Source of the DNA: Candidatus Obscuribacteraceae bacterium
GTDB lineage: Bacteria > Cyanobacteriota > Vampirovibrionia > Obscuribacterales > Obscuribacteraceae
Assembly (NCBI GenBank): GCA_044229845.1
Contig: JBGASG010000004.1
Coordinates: 128,001-192,000, forward strand
Direction: 5' to 3'
DNA: 64,000 nt
Part shown: positions 51,283-60,377 of the stretch, one piece after another
Layout: every line of letters starts with the position of its first letter
Numbering within the stretch: position 1 is the stretch's first letter
Made by a program: the position numbers and the translations under genes
The notes under the pieces: model-generated
The model's database searches: none
Told to the model about the DNA's origin: nothing
The model's input: only the letters and a program-made list of their open reading frames with translations

Positions 51283-52029
51283 GTGACTGACACATCGGAC
51301 AAAACGAGCAGAGCTACACCGGGACGAGATCGTCTTGCGAAAGCTCGGGTTGCGGTCGTTGGAATTGAAGAGCATACGTTGATCGCGTTGGCGCAGCTGG
51401 CCGACGCCGGCATTGGTTTCATCAAAGTCATCGATGACCGCCAGGTCACCGCTGAAGACATTTCACGCGCATTCTTCTTTTTCCAGAACGACGAAGAGAA
51501 CCAGCCGCGGACTAGCGCCGCTCGCAATCTGATTTACAGAGAGAACAAGACAACGAAAGTCGAAGTAATCGACCAGAAATTCGACGCTCATAATGCTGAG
51601 CAAGTACTTGGCGGAGTTGACGTAGTCATTGACGGACTGAGCAATTGGCAGGACAAACTTCTGGCATCCGATGTTTGCATGCAATTGAAAACACCATTGG
51701 TGCATGCCGGATTGAGCGGTCTCGACATTCAGGTGTTTTGCATGATTCCCACAAGGTCGGCATGCCTCAGATGCGTGTTCGCCAAGTTGGGTATGGAGGA
51801 TTTTGCCGCCACCACCAGTGCCACCAATAATGGACATCCGCGACTCGGTCCTCTGGCTGCAATCGCCGGATCCCTGCAGGCGCTTGAATGCATCAAATTG
51901 CTCGGGGACATTGGCACAGTTTCGCCAACCCGTTTAATGAAGATCGACGGTCTACGCGGCGACATGTTGGACTTCCGCGAACTCACGCCACGCAGCGACT
52001 GTCCCGATTGCGGTCCCTCTCGTCTCTAA
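51283..52029 (+). CDS. ThiF/MoeB/HesA-family E1-like protein with degenerate nucleotide-binding loop
   Basis: RLAKARVAVVG, DVVIDGLSN, CLRC and CPDC Zn sites, GSLQALECIKLL; GxGxxG replaced by GIEEHT. ORF could start at 51232. Confidence 0.8.
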   Translation: MTDTSDKTSRATPGRDRLAKARVAVVGIEEHTLIALAQLADAGIGFIKVIDDRQVTAEDISRAFFFFQNDEENQPRTSAARNLIYRENKTTKVEVIDQKFDAHNAEQVLGGVDVVIDGLSNWQDKLLASDVCMQLKTPLVHAGLSGLDIQVFCMIPTRSACLRCVFAKLGMEDFAATTSATNNGHPRLGPLAAIAGSLQALECIKLLGDIGTVSPTRLMKIDGLRGDMLDFRELTPRSDCPDCGPSRL

Positions 52030-52041
52030 CCGGCGGCGGGT

Positions 52042-52800
52042 TTAGTCTTGCGAGGAAACTTTGACGTCAGGCGACGCTTGCTTCAAAGCCGCAATTATTT
52101 TCGGAGCGCGATCGCCGCAACGATTGCGGATCAATGTTTCGAACAGAGCCCATTGACGCTGAGTTTCTCGAATAGCCAGTTCGCGGGCGATGTTGTAGTA
52201 AGTCGTCTTGCCTGCGACTTTCTTTCCTTGATCCGTGGTCGGATTGTCTTTGCTGAAGTTCACTGCGTTGTCCAACGAATCCGCGGCATTCGCAACCAGT
52301 CCTTCATATCCACCAGGAACCCGGGACCAGTCCACCAGTGGAATCTGCAAGGGGTCGCCTCTGAATTGCGGTCCCTTGAGCGAAAGCTCCACATAATTTG
52401 ATTGGCTGTAAAAGTCCTGCGCGCTATGCAACAACATCCCGAAGTGACGTAACGCATTGGCGCGGCTTTCCTGATCGGTGTCCGCTTCGCATGCATAATT
52501 CAAGGCGCTCTTCTTCTCTCGATCGATATACGAGAGAGCCGACTCCACCGTTTTAGCCGCAAAGTGTCGGCGGCTATCTTTCGCGCCTTCACTTTCTTTT
52601 TTGTCCTGAGCCTCGTTGGCGTCGATGATCAACTTCAGATTCGAGCTGCCGATGGTCCCCCGCAGTCCTTCTTCGGTGATCTCCGCGTGCACCTTGCCGC
52701 CCTGTCCGTCCGAAGAGCTGAATGCCAAGCCTGGTGAGGGCTGCATCGAAATGAGCGTCACTGCCAACCCCTTTACAAGGAGATCCGAGTTTAATTTCAT
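52042..52800 (-). CDS. secreted Het-C/VWA7-N-like protein (Zn-dependent phospholipase C/P1 nuclease fold)
   Basis: Signal peptide, VHAEIT, RHF, FGMLLHSAQDFYSQSNYVEL. Confidence 0.6.
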   Translation of the reverse strand: MKLNSDLLVKGLAVTLISMQPSPGLAFSSSDGQGGKVHAEITEEGLRGTIGSSNLKLIIDANEAQDKKESEGAKDSRRHFAAKTVESALSYIDREKKSALNYACEADTDQESRANALRHFGMLLHSAQDFYSQSNYVELSLKGPQFRGDPLQIPLVDWSRVPGGYEGLVANAADSLDNAVNFSKDNPTTDQGKKVAGKTTYYNIARELAIRETQRQWALFETLIRNRCGDRAPKIIAALKQASPDVKVSSQD

Positions 52801-53003
52801 GCGAGCCGCCCCAAATGGACATTAGGCCATTATTCTATCCTGCCAATCCGCGCCTGCAAGCCAATCGGCCGGATCCGCACCCCCTTGCGGGCATCTTTTC
52901 CATATCCCCGCGAGCTTTTCCGCCGACGCCAAGTGATTGGGTTCTAATTCAGAATCATCTGATTTTTAGCCATAATGAGACGGATCAAACGCGAAAGGAA
53001 GGC

Positions 53004-53942
53004 ATGGAAACGCCCACCACCGCCGGTGCATACGCACTGAATATGCATTCGGCGCAAGCAGAGCCCACACAATCGAATTTTCTTTCCAAAGAACTGAACG
53101 ACTGTGTTTTCGTGGCTTTCGATACGGAAACTACCGGGCTCAGCCCAATGGCTTCCAGATTGGTGGAACTATCCGGCGTCAAGTTTCGTGGTTCTGGCGA
53201 GGAGATTGACACCTTCTCGTCCTTGATCGATCCTGAAGTCCCAATCCCAGCACGCACCACAGAGGTACACGGCATTACGGACGATATGGTGAAAGGCGCG
53301 CCCACTTTCGAGGAAGTGGTACCGCAATTCTTCAACTGGCTGAACGCTCGCGGTCCAGCCGGTATCAAAATGCGTCCAGTTCTCCTTGCCCATAATGCCT
53401 CGTTCGACATCAACTTCCTCGATATAGCCATTGCCAAACTTGGTTTGCCGATTCCGGAAAACCAGGTTGTCTGCACATTAGCCCTTTCCCGCAAAGTGCT
53501 CACCGACGCGCCCAACCATCAGCTGCGCACGTTGACCGAACACCTTGGAGTCCCCAGCACCACGTATCACCGCGCACTGGCCGACAGTCATCACGTACGA
53601 CACGTCTTCCTGAAATTGCTCCAGCGCATCCAGAATTGCACCCTGGACAAAGTAATGTCCCTGGGCGGCAAACTTGGATTCAGCCAGGGAGCATCTACTC
53701 AAGATCGTCGCGCGCTCTTCGAGCGTCCGGTGTTTCAGTGCATTCAGGAAGCGATGGACAACCAGCGCAGCGTGATGATGCAGTACGCCAGCACCCGCAC
53801 ATCAATCAGGTGTGTGAAACCACTGACGGTGCTCTTCTCTCGCGGCATCTACTACCTGCAAGCCTACTGTCACCAGACGGGAAGCGAGCGCACCTTCCGT
53901 CTCGACAAAATCATCCGCATGGAAATCATGAGCGAAGAATGA
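53004..53942 (+). CDS. DEDDh 3'-5' exonuclease (DnaQ-like) fused to a C-terminal WYL domain
   Basis: FDTETTG, HNASFD, HRALAD; C-terminal VKPL..YYLQAYCHQTGSERTFRLDKI. Confidence 0.88.
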   Translation: METPTTAGAYALNMHSAQAEPTQSNFLSKELNDCVFVAFDTETTGLSPMASRLVELSGVKFRGSGEEIDTFSSLIDPEVPIPARTTEVHGITDDMVKGAPTFEEVVPQFFNWLNARGPAGIKMRPVLLAHNASFDINFLDIAIAKLGLPIPENQVVCTLALSRKVLTDAPNHQLRTLTEHLGVPSTTYHRALADSHHVRHVFLKLLQRIQNCTLDKVMSLGGKLGFSQGASTQDRRALFERPVFQCIQEAMDNQRSVMMQYASTRTSIRCVKPLTVLFSRGIYYLQAYCHQTGSERTFRLDKIIRMEIMSEE

Positions 53943-53943
53943 T

Positions 53944-56043
53944 ATGGACACGCCTATGAAACGAATGCATTACCGAATACTGCCCGCCCTTTTGGCAGTT
54001 TCACTGAGCGTCGGCGTCAATGCCGGCGCTTTCGCCGATGAAGAGGAGGATGCGGCAGCCAGTCTTGGCGACCTCACTCGCATCAACGGCAAGCTACCCA
54101 TGGCCACCGACACGGTCGAAATGCAAGTGCGCATCAACGGCCCTTTGCCTGTTCAGCAAAAGATAAAACCACCCAAGGCGGCTAAGCCCCCCAAGGTGAA
54201 ACAGGCGCGCCAACAGCCGCAGCCGGCTGCGCAACCAGTGGTGCAGCAGCCCGATCAATCAGTGCAGGTCATGCAGTTCGGCGAAGCGCCGGCGGTGCAG
54301 CAGTCAGACTCGCAGTCGCAGCAGCAACCGGCGGTAAAACCTGAGCGCAAGAAACTCAATCCGTTTGCTATCGGCAAAACTGCCGTCGCCAAACCCAAGG
54401 CGCCAAAAGCCGGCGAACAGACCGCTGCCGTCTTCCAGGAAGTGCAGCCCAAGGTCAAGAAACAAAAGAACAAGCCTGCCAAACCTGTCAAAGTAGCGAA
54501 GAAACAAAAAGACGAAGCGCTGCCGACCGAAGCGGTAGAAGCACCGCCACTCACTCCGGAAACAGCACCGCTGGTGCTGCCGGTGTCGCAAGAAGAAACC
54601 GCAATTACTCCGGAACCGGCTCTGCCACCACTGTCCGATGAAGAGACCACGCCGAGCGAGGAGCCGCCAGCCAAGCCAGTCAACAAAACACGTGTTGAAG
54701 TAGAGGTTGCCGACGATCCCGAAGATGGCGTCTCCCAGCCGAAAGGCGGATTATTCAACGGCATCAAAAACTTCGGCGGCTACAAGAAGTCTTCAGCCCG
54801 CAAACAAGCCTCGCGCGAAAAGGCTGAAGCGGCAGCAAAACCACAAGCGCCTGCAAAACCAGCCGCCAAGGCAGCTGCACCAGCGCAGAAGCCCGTCAAA
54901 CAAGCAAAAGCGGAGCCCAAACAACCCAAGCAACCCGCACCGGTTAAAACCGCCGGTAAGGGCTGGGGGCTGTTCGGCGGCGGCAACAAATCCAAGACCG
55001 CAGCCGACGTCAACATCACCGCCGACGCAAGCGACACCGCGCTGCAAGGCGACCAGGCAAAGGCAGTGCTGAAGCACACCTTGATGGGTGACTCGTTCTT
55101 CAATCGCAAGGACTACACCAATTCTTTGATCGAGTACCAGATGGTGCTCAAAGAAGATCCGGAAAACTACAAAGCTCACTTCATGCTGGGCAAAGTTTTG
55201 ATTGCGATGAACGATTACAAAGAAGCGCTGCGCGAATTCGACAAAGTGGTGGCACTGCGCCCGCGCGCCAGCGATGCACACTTCATGCGCGGAGAATCCC
55301 TGCGCCTCATGGACGACTCAGAGGCGGCGTTTGAAGAATACAAACGAGCCATCAAACTGGACAAGAAAAATGCCATGGCTTACACCTACCTTGGTGAATG
55401 CTACCGGCAAAAAACCTGGTACCGCCCCGCACTCCACAATTGCCATCGCGCCCTGGCAATTGATCCGAAGCTGGTCGCACCACACTTAATCGCAGCCCAG
55501 TGCTACGCAGTGCTCTTGCAACCGGAGAACGCTTTAGACGAATACGCCAAGGCGATCGAGAAGTCACCGCAAGATCCATCCGTGCGCACCCGCTACGGTC
55601 AGGCACTCGGCAAAATGGAGAAATGGGACAAAGCAGTCGCCGAGTTCGGCACGGCGATCGAAGTTGACCCGAAGTTCTCCGAGGCTTATGTCGGCCGCGC
55701 CTGGGCACTGGGCAACACCGGTCACCTGCCGGAAGCATTGATGGACGCCAAACAAGCGGTTTCGCTGGCACCGAACAATGCCGATTCCCACTCGATTTTG
55801 GCTTGGGTCTATTCGAAGAAACGTGAACACAACGCCGCCGTCACGCATTACCGCCTGGCGCTCAAACTCGATCCCAAAAATCCGCGCCGGCACAAAGCCC
55901 TGGCTATCGCGCTCGGCGATGCGGGCGACTTGAACGGTGCCATTGCGGAAATGCTCTACACGACCCAGATGCTGCCCAAAGACTACGAAGCCAAATTGCA
56001 TCTGCAAGCGTTCATGGACAAACGAGCCGCCGCGCCGCAGTAA
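53944..56043 (+). CDS. secreted TPR-repeat protein with Pro/Lys/Ala-rich N-terminal half
   Basis: Signal peptide (AFA|D), tandem TPRs in C-terminal ~320 aa. Confidence 0.8.
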   Translation: MDTPMKRMHYRILPALLAVSLSVGVNAGAFADEEEDAAASLGDLTRINGKLPMATDTVEMQVRINGPLPVQQKIKPPKAAKPPKVKQARQQPQPAAQPVVQQPDQSVQVMQFGEAPAVQQSDSQSQQQPAVKPERKKLNPFAIGKTAVAKPKAPKAGEQTAAVFQEVQPKVKKQKNKPAKPVKVAKKQKDEALPTEAVEAPPLTPETAPLVLPVSQEETAITPEPALPPLSDEETTPSEEPPAKPVNKTRVEVEVADDPEDGVSQPKGGLFNGIKNFGGYKKSSARKQASREKAEAAAKPQAPAKPAAKAAAPAQKPVKQAKAEPKQPKQPAPVKTAGKGWGLFGGGNKSKTAADVNITADASDTALQGDQAKAVLKHTLMGDSFFNRKDYTNSLIEYQMVLKEDPENYKAHFMLGKVLIAMNDYKEALREFDKVVALRPRASDAHFMRGESLRLMDDSEAAFEEYKRAIKLDKKNAMAYTYLGECYRQKTWYRPALHNCHRALAIDPKLVAPHLIAAQCYAVLLQPENALDEYAKAIEKSPQDPSVRTRYGQALGKMEKWDKAVAEFGTAIEVDPKFSEAYVGRAWALGNTGHLPEALMDAKQAVSLAPNNADSHSILAWVYSKKREHNAAVTHYRLALKLDPKNPRRHKALAIALGDAGDLNGAIAEMLYTTQMLPKDYEAKLHLQAFMDKRAAAPQ

Positions 56044-56066
56044 TTAGCCTGCCTAGTCCACGCGCC

Positions 56067-56621
56067 TCACTTGTAATCATCCCCCGCCCTGGCGACCACA
56101 TGGGCAAGTATCGAAGCGGCGGTAGTTTTTAGCGGACCAAGTTTCGGCAAAAGAGCCATCGCGGCAAACGGAATCACTAAATCTGTGACATCGGTTATGT
56201 CTGTGGTTGCTTTGTTGTTGAACAACATCGCGTCCAGAGGTTGCCTGACAGCATACGGCACCATCAACACACCAAGTTTGCCGGAATACCCCTGAAAGGC
56301 TTTGGACAGCGGCATTCGTCCTGGTCCCGGCGCCGTCTTCAGTAGGGACAATGTTGTCTCCATCCCCAGAGCGAGCAGAGGCGCTGCTGTGGCATACAGA
56401 TGCAAGACATTTGCGCCTGCCGACAGCTGTCCAGGGACGGGTGCATCCGTTGGTTCCACTGCGTTGGGTGGGTCAAGTGCATGCGTGAGCTGGGTACTTG
56501 GCTGCTGCTCACTTCGAGCAGGAAGGATGTATGAGTTGAGGGTACCGCCTTCCGTATTGGGTTCGGGCGTTTCGGCTTCGTTCAGGGGCTCCCCTTCAGT
56601 CCCGAATCCAAATGTATCCAT
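56067..56621 (-). CDS. hypothetical protein with hydrophobic C-terminal helices
   Basis: 184-aa ORF with GAGG RBS; no recognised motif. Confidence 0.55.
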   Translation of the reverse strand: MDTFGFGTEGEPLNEAETPEPNTEGGTLNSYILPARSEQQPSTQLTHALDPPNAVEPTDAPVPGQLSAGANVLHLYATAAPLLALGMETTLSLLKTAPGPGRMPLSKAFQGYSGKLGVLMVPYAVRQPLDAMLFNNKATTDITDVTDLVIPFAAMALLPKLGPLKTTAASILAHVVARAGDDYK

Positions 56622-56732
56622 CGTTTTAGCCTCTCATAACTCCCTTCGCAATTGAGGGTAAGTCATGAGCCGTGAGCTAATCCGGAACAGCTTGAGAATA
56701 TTCTGTGAGCAAATCTTTTGCGCTGCAATCTT

Positions 56733-58754
56733 TTACACAGTGCGGACTGGGTTGGGGTCGGTGAGCAAAATCTCCGTCTGTGCGTCCAGTGCTTCGGCTT
56801 CGATGTGCCGGTTGGCACGGCGCAGCAGTTCTTTGTAATTGCGGAGGATCGTGTGCATAACCTCGCACAGTTCGTCGCTGGTCGCTACTGGAAGCGAGTT
56901 CCAGGCATCGAGAGCGCGCTTGAACTGCGCTTCGCCGTCTTGATATTTTGCTTGCTCGGCATACATTTGAGCGAGCGCATTGATCACTTGCAGTAGATCC
57001 GTAATCGCCGCTTCGCGCGCTTGTTCGTCCAGCAATCCGCTGCTGTTCAAGAAGGAGAGCTTGCGCACGTTCTTTTCGTGCAGCGAAATCGCTTCCTGGT
57101 AGAGCTTCGCAGCTTCCGAATAATTGCTGCGCTCATATTGAATCTTGCCCAGCCCCTGCAGGTTGACGGCGCACGTTTCATGGCTGCGCCCGTAGAAATG
57201 CTCGCGCAGCGACAGCGCACGCTCGTGAAGTTTTTCAGCTTGCTCGATAGCACGCTGTTCGTAAGCCAGTTTGGCGAGCGTGTCGATGTGCGGGATTAAG
57301 CGTGCGTCTTCCTCACCGCCGATCTTGCTGATCAACTTAATACTGGCATCAGCTAAAAAATGCTCCATCGAAGTCTTGAATTTGGTCGGCAGTCCGGCAT
57401 CGCGCGGTTTGACATAGTCGTCGCGCGTGCGCAGACGCTGCGGACGCACCGTCAAGTGCGCCTTAATCGTCGTCACCTGTTCTTCTTTACCTTGCGAACT
57501 CTGCCCGACGTCGATGCTCATCGCCGGCGGATTGGTGATCGGAGCCGCCTGACTCTTCGGGACCGAAGGCATAGTCTTGGCTTGCGCCGACGCCGAAGTT
57601 GAGAGGGGCGGCACATATGCAGGCTTGAATTCAACCGGATTGGCCAGCTTCGGAAGAGTCGAGACGGATTTCACCGCCGGTGGTGGCGCTTCAGTCTGGA
57701 TAGGTCCGCTGCGTTTGCCGATTGGAGTGGGTGAGAGACGGCGCCACATAACCAGCAGGTCGCCTGGCGATGCTTCGCGCTGCGCTGGTCGGCTTGTCTG
57801 TCCGGAACCGTCCGGATGCAAGTCGTAGCGAGTTCCATCTAAAAAGATGCGGCGAATGATGTCTTTCTTTTGAATGCACAGAGTGCCGTCCGGCTCAACG
57901 CTGACGCGCCCTTCCAGGCAGTATTCATTGTCTTTGTCGCGAGCCGTCCAGACATGTCCGTCATCAGTATCCCAGGCAAGCCGCGCATAAATAAACGCAC
58001 ACAACTCGCCCTGCTGGTTGTATCGATACTGAGCGGTGCTGCCGTTAGTAAAGCGAACTTTGGAAATGGGGCCGCTGTCTCGTCGCTCGATCGCGGCGCC
58101 TTCGGGAATAACAACTTCCGGCACCGGTGCGGACTCGGCTGGCTCCGCGTCGGAAGACGGCTCTTCCGTCAACTCGGGAGCAGATTTCAAAAATAGGGAT
58201 TCCGCCTCGGGCGCCGGCAAGATCGCCGTCGGAGCCGGATCTATAAATGCCTGTGGCGGCGGTGGCGGAATCGGCGCCGGTGACGGCCACGAGGGCACAG
58301 CGGAAAGGTCCGGCGCGCTAAGCACTGGAGTGGCGCTGCGGACCGTAGCTTGCTGAGCCTGGGCTTGCAGCTCTTGTTCAATGGCCGCCAGACTGGTTTC
58401 ATCAGAGATGGTCTTAGCCGAAGCCAGCGGCAACGTGTCTTTGCGAATTGGCTGGTCGTATCGCACGTTGTCGGTGACGCCGTCCGAAGAAGCAAAGGCT
58501 GCTTCCAGAGCTGCCTCGATGGCAGCCTTGGTCGAATCATCAAATTTAGGCTTGGACTTTTCGTCTGCTGGCATGACCAGTGGCCTCAGATCTACCCATC
58601 GTCCATCGGCGTCCCGGCGTGGTGCACCACCTGTGGTGGTATGCAAATCATTAATATGTCGCGCAGAACTAGCCGTTTTTTCAGGCTTAGTAAGCATATG
58701 AGCCTCGTGTAATGTTCGTAGTTGGTCTGCAGGGCCAGACCAAACAGAGGTCAC
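56733..58754 (-). CDS. Pro-rich protein with a YD/RHS-like beta segment and C-terminal kinesin-light-chain-type TPRs
   Basis: YRYNQQGEL..VSVEPDGT..HPDGS; AEKLHERALSLREHFYG, NLQGLGKIQYERSNYSEA. Confidence 0.7.
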   Translation of the reverse strand: MTSVWSGPADQLRTLHEAHMLTKPEKTASSARHINDLHTTTGGAPRRDADGRWVDLRPLVMPADEKSKPKFDDSTKAAIEAALEAAFASSDGVTDNVRYDQPIRKDTLPLASAKTISDETSLAAIEQELQAQAQQATVRSATPVLSAPDLSAVPSWPSPAPIPPPPPQAFIDPAPTAILPAPEAESLFLKSAPELTEEPSSDAEPAESAPVPEVVIPEGAAIERRDSGPISKVRFTNGSTAQYRYNQQGELCAFIYARLAWDTDDGHVWTARDKDNEYCLEGRVSVEPDGTLCIQKKDIIRRIFLDGTRYDLHPDGSGQTSRPAQREASPGDLLVMWRRLSPTPIGKRSGPIQTEAPPPAVKSVSTLPKLANPVEFKPAYVPPLSTSASAQAKTMPSVPKSQAAPITNPPAMSIDVGQSSQGKEEQVTTIKAHLTVRPQRLRTRDDYVKPRDAGLPTKFKTSMEHFLADASIKLISKIGGEEDARLIPHIDTLAKLAYEQRAIEQAEKLHERALSLREHFYGRSHETCAVNLQGLGKIQYERSNYSEAAKLYQEAISLHEKNVRKLSFLNSSGLLDEQAREAAITDLLQVINALAQMYAEQAKYQDGEAQFKRALDAWNSLPVATSDELCEVMHTILRNYKELLRRANRHIEAEALDAQTEILLTDPNPVRTV

Positions 58755-58944
58755 CCAGGGGCACGAGATAAGCTAAAAATACCAGTAATAGCCTGGATTT
58801 CAAGCGGCAACCCGCGCCCTCAATGGGAATTCTACGTATGAGAGCGGAGCCGATTTAACGCAATAATCCGCACCAGCGGACCTTCGACCGGTGTTTTTAA
58901 ATGTCTTCAATGTGCACGAATCGCGCAACAAACAGCAACACGCG

Positions 58945-59559
58945 TTATGCCTTGTGCTTGGTGGTGCCGGGCTTCGTAACCGGTTTTCCGTCGCGGCACA
59001 TCACGCATTCGTCCGGCTGGTAGTTGGACAGCTTCAGAGTCAAAAGCTTGATGAACGGCACATCAAAACTGACGCTGCCGCCGCTGCGATCGATGATGGC
59101 ACCCACGCATACAGGCTTGCCGCCGAGCTTGCGTACAAGTTCTACGACCTTGCGTGCGGAGCCACCAGTGGTGGTGACATCCTCGACAACCAGAATCTCT
59201 TCATCCGGCTGAATTTCAATGCCCCGACGGATTTCGAATTCACCATCGGGACGTTCGGCAAAGATTCCACGCACGGGCTCGCCAGGCGGCAATGCCTTAT
59301 CCAGTGCCATCGCCACCAGCAGCTCCCAGTGAACAGCGCCCAGCGCGGGTCCTGCCACGGTCCGCGGTTGCAAACCCGCATCCAGGACCTTCTCCACTAA
59401 AAGCTCGGCCACCGCCAGCCCATGCCGGGGATACTGCAAGAGCCTCTGGCACTGCATGTACTGGTCGCTGTGCATTCCGCTGCTCAGCAAAAAGTGTCCT
59501 GTGTGCCAGGCGCCTACATCCCGCATCACACTTTCGATGTCGAGCACTTTTGTCTCCAT
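58945..59559 (-). CDS. pyrE: orotate phosphoribosyltransferase
   Basis: GHFLLSSGMHSDQY, GPALGA, LVVEDVTTTGGS PRPP motif, C-terminal KPG. Confidence 0.95.
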   Translation of the reverse strand: METKVLDIESVMRDVGAWHTGHFLLSSGMHSDQYMQCQRLLQYPRHGLAVAELLVEKVLDAGLQPRTVAGPALGAVHWELLVAMALDKALPPGEPVRGIFAERPDGEFEIRRGIEIQPDEEILVVEDVTTTGGSARKVVELVRKLGGKPVCVGAIIDRSGGSVSFDVPFIKLLTLKLSNYQPDECVMCRDGKPVTKPGTTKHKA

Positions 59560-59651
59560 TGTTTAGTCCTCAAGCAGGTCTTCAAGTATACTCCAGCCTC
59601 GATCTGGTATATTCAGCAGCGGTAGCTCGCGCATTCAATAGGAATCCTGTC

Positions 59652-60362
59652 ATGAAACCCTTGATCGGCATCGGTCCGGACATCGAAGGCGATAAACCAC
59701 GCAAGGTGGTTATTCAATGTCATTACGTTGAAGCAATTCAACGCGCCGGCGGCATTCCCATCATCATTCCGCCGATGAGCGATCAAGATTTGAAAGTGAT
59801 TCTGCACAAGCTGAACGGCATCATGCTGACGGGCGGCAGAGACTACAATCCGAGTCTCTACAACGAAACTGCCTGCTCACAAGTGGAACTCTGCGACGAA
59901 ACCCGCAACGAGTTCGATGTGCGACTCATGCAGGCCGCTATCGAAGAAACCAAGCTGCCGGTGCTCGGCATCTGCGCCGGACTGCAGCTCCTCAACATCA
60001 GTCTGGGCGGCTCACTGATACAGGATATTCCATCTGAAAAGCCCGAGTCGCCTGTCGTCCATACCAGTCACAATGGCTGGAATGAAGGCTTCACCCATCA
60101 TGCAGTGCGCATTCAGCCACAGTCCATGTTGGCTAAAATCTACTCCGAAGAAGAGCTGAGTGTTCCCACTTCTCATCACCAGGCGATCAAAAATCTTGGC
60201 AAAGGCCTGAAACCCACAGCTTATGCCGATGACGGTATCATTGAAGCGGTCGAACTGGAAGGTCGGCCGTTCACCATCGGCGTCCAGTGGCATCCGGAAC
60301 GCGATTTCGAAGGCAACCGCGCCCTGTTCGAAACATTCGTCAAGCACGCCGCCCAAGCATAA
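59652..60362 (+). CDS. gamma-glutamyl-gamma-aminobutyrate hydrolase family (peptidase C26, class I glutamine amidotransferase)
   Basis: LTGGRD, PVLGICAGLQLLN..GGSLIQD, SHHQAI, GVQWHPE. Confidence 0.9.
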   Translation: MKPLIGIGPDIEGDKPRKVVIQCHYVEAIQRAGGIPIIIPPMSDQDLKVILHKLNGIMLTGGRDYNPSLYNETACSQVELCDETRNEFDVRLMQAAIEETKLPVLGICAGLQLLNISLGGSLIQDIPSEKPESPVVHTSHNGWNEGFTHHAVRIQPQSMLAKIYSEEELSVPTSHHQAIKNLGKGLKPTAYADDGIIEAVELEGRPFTIGVQWHPERDFEGNRALFETFVKHAAQA

Positions 60363-60377
60363 AGAGCACCACAGGTA

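Noticed and set aside
59292..59651. N-terminal extension of the 356-aa C26 ORF overlapping pyrE
   Set aside because: Family similarity begins at ATG 59652; the extension is antisense to pyrE
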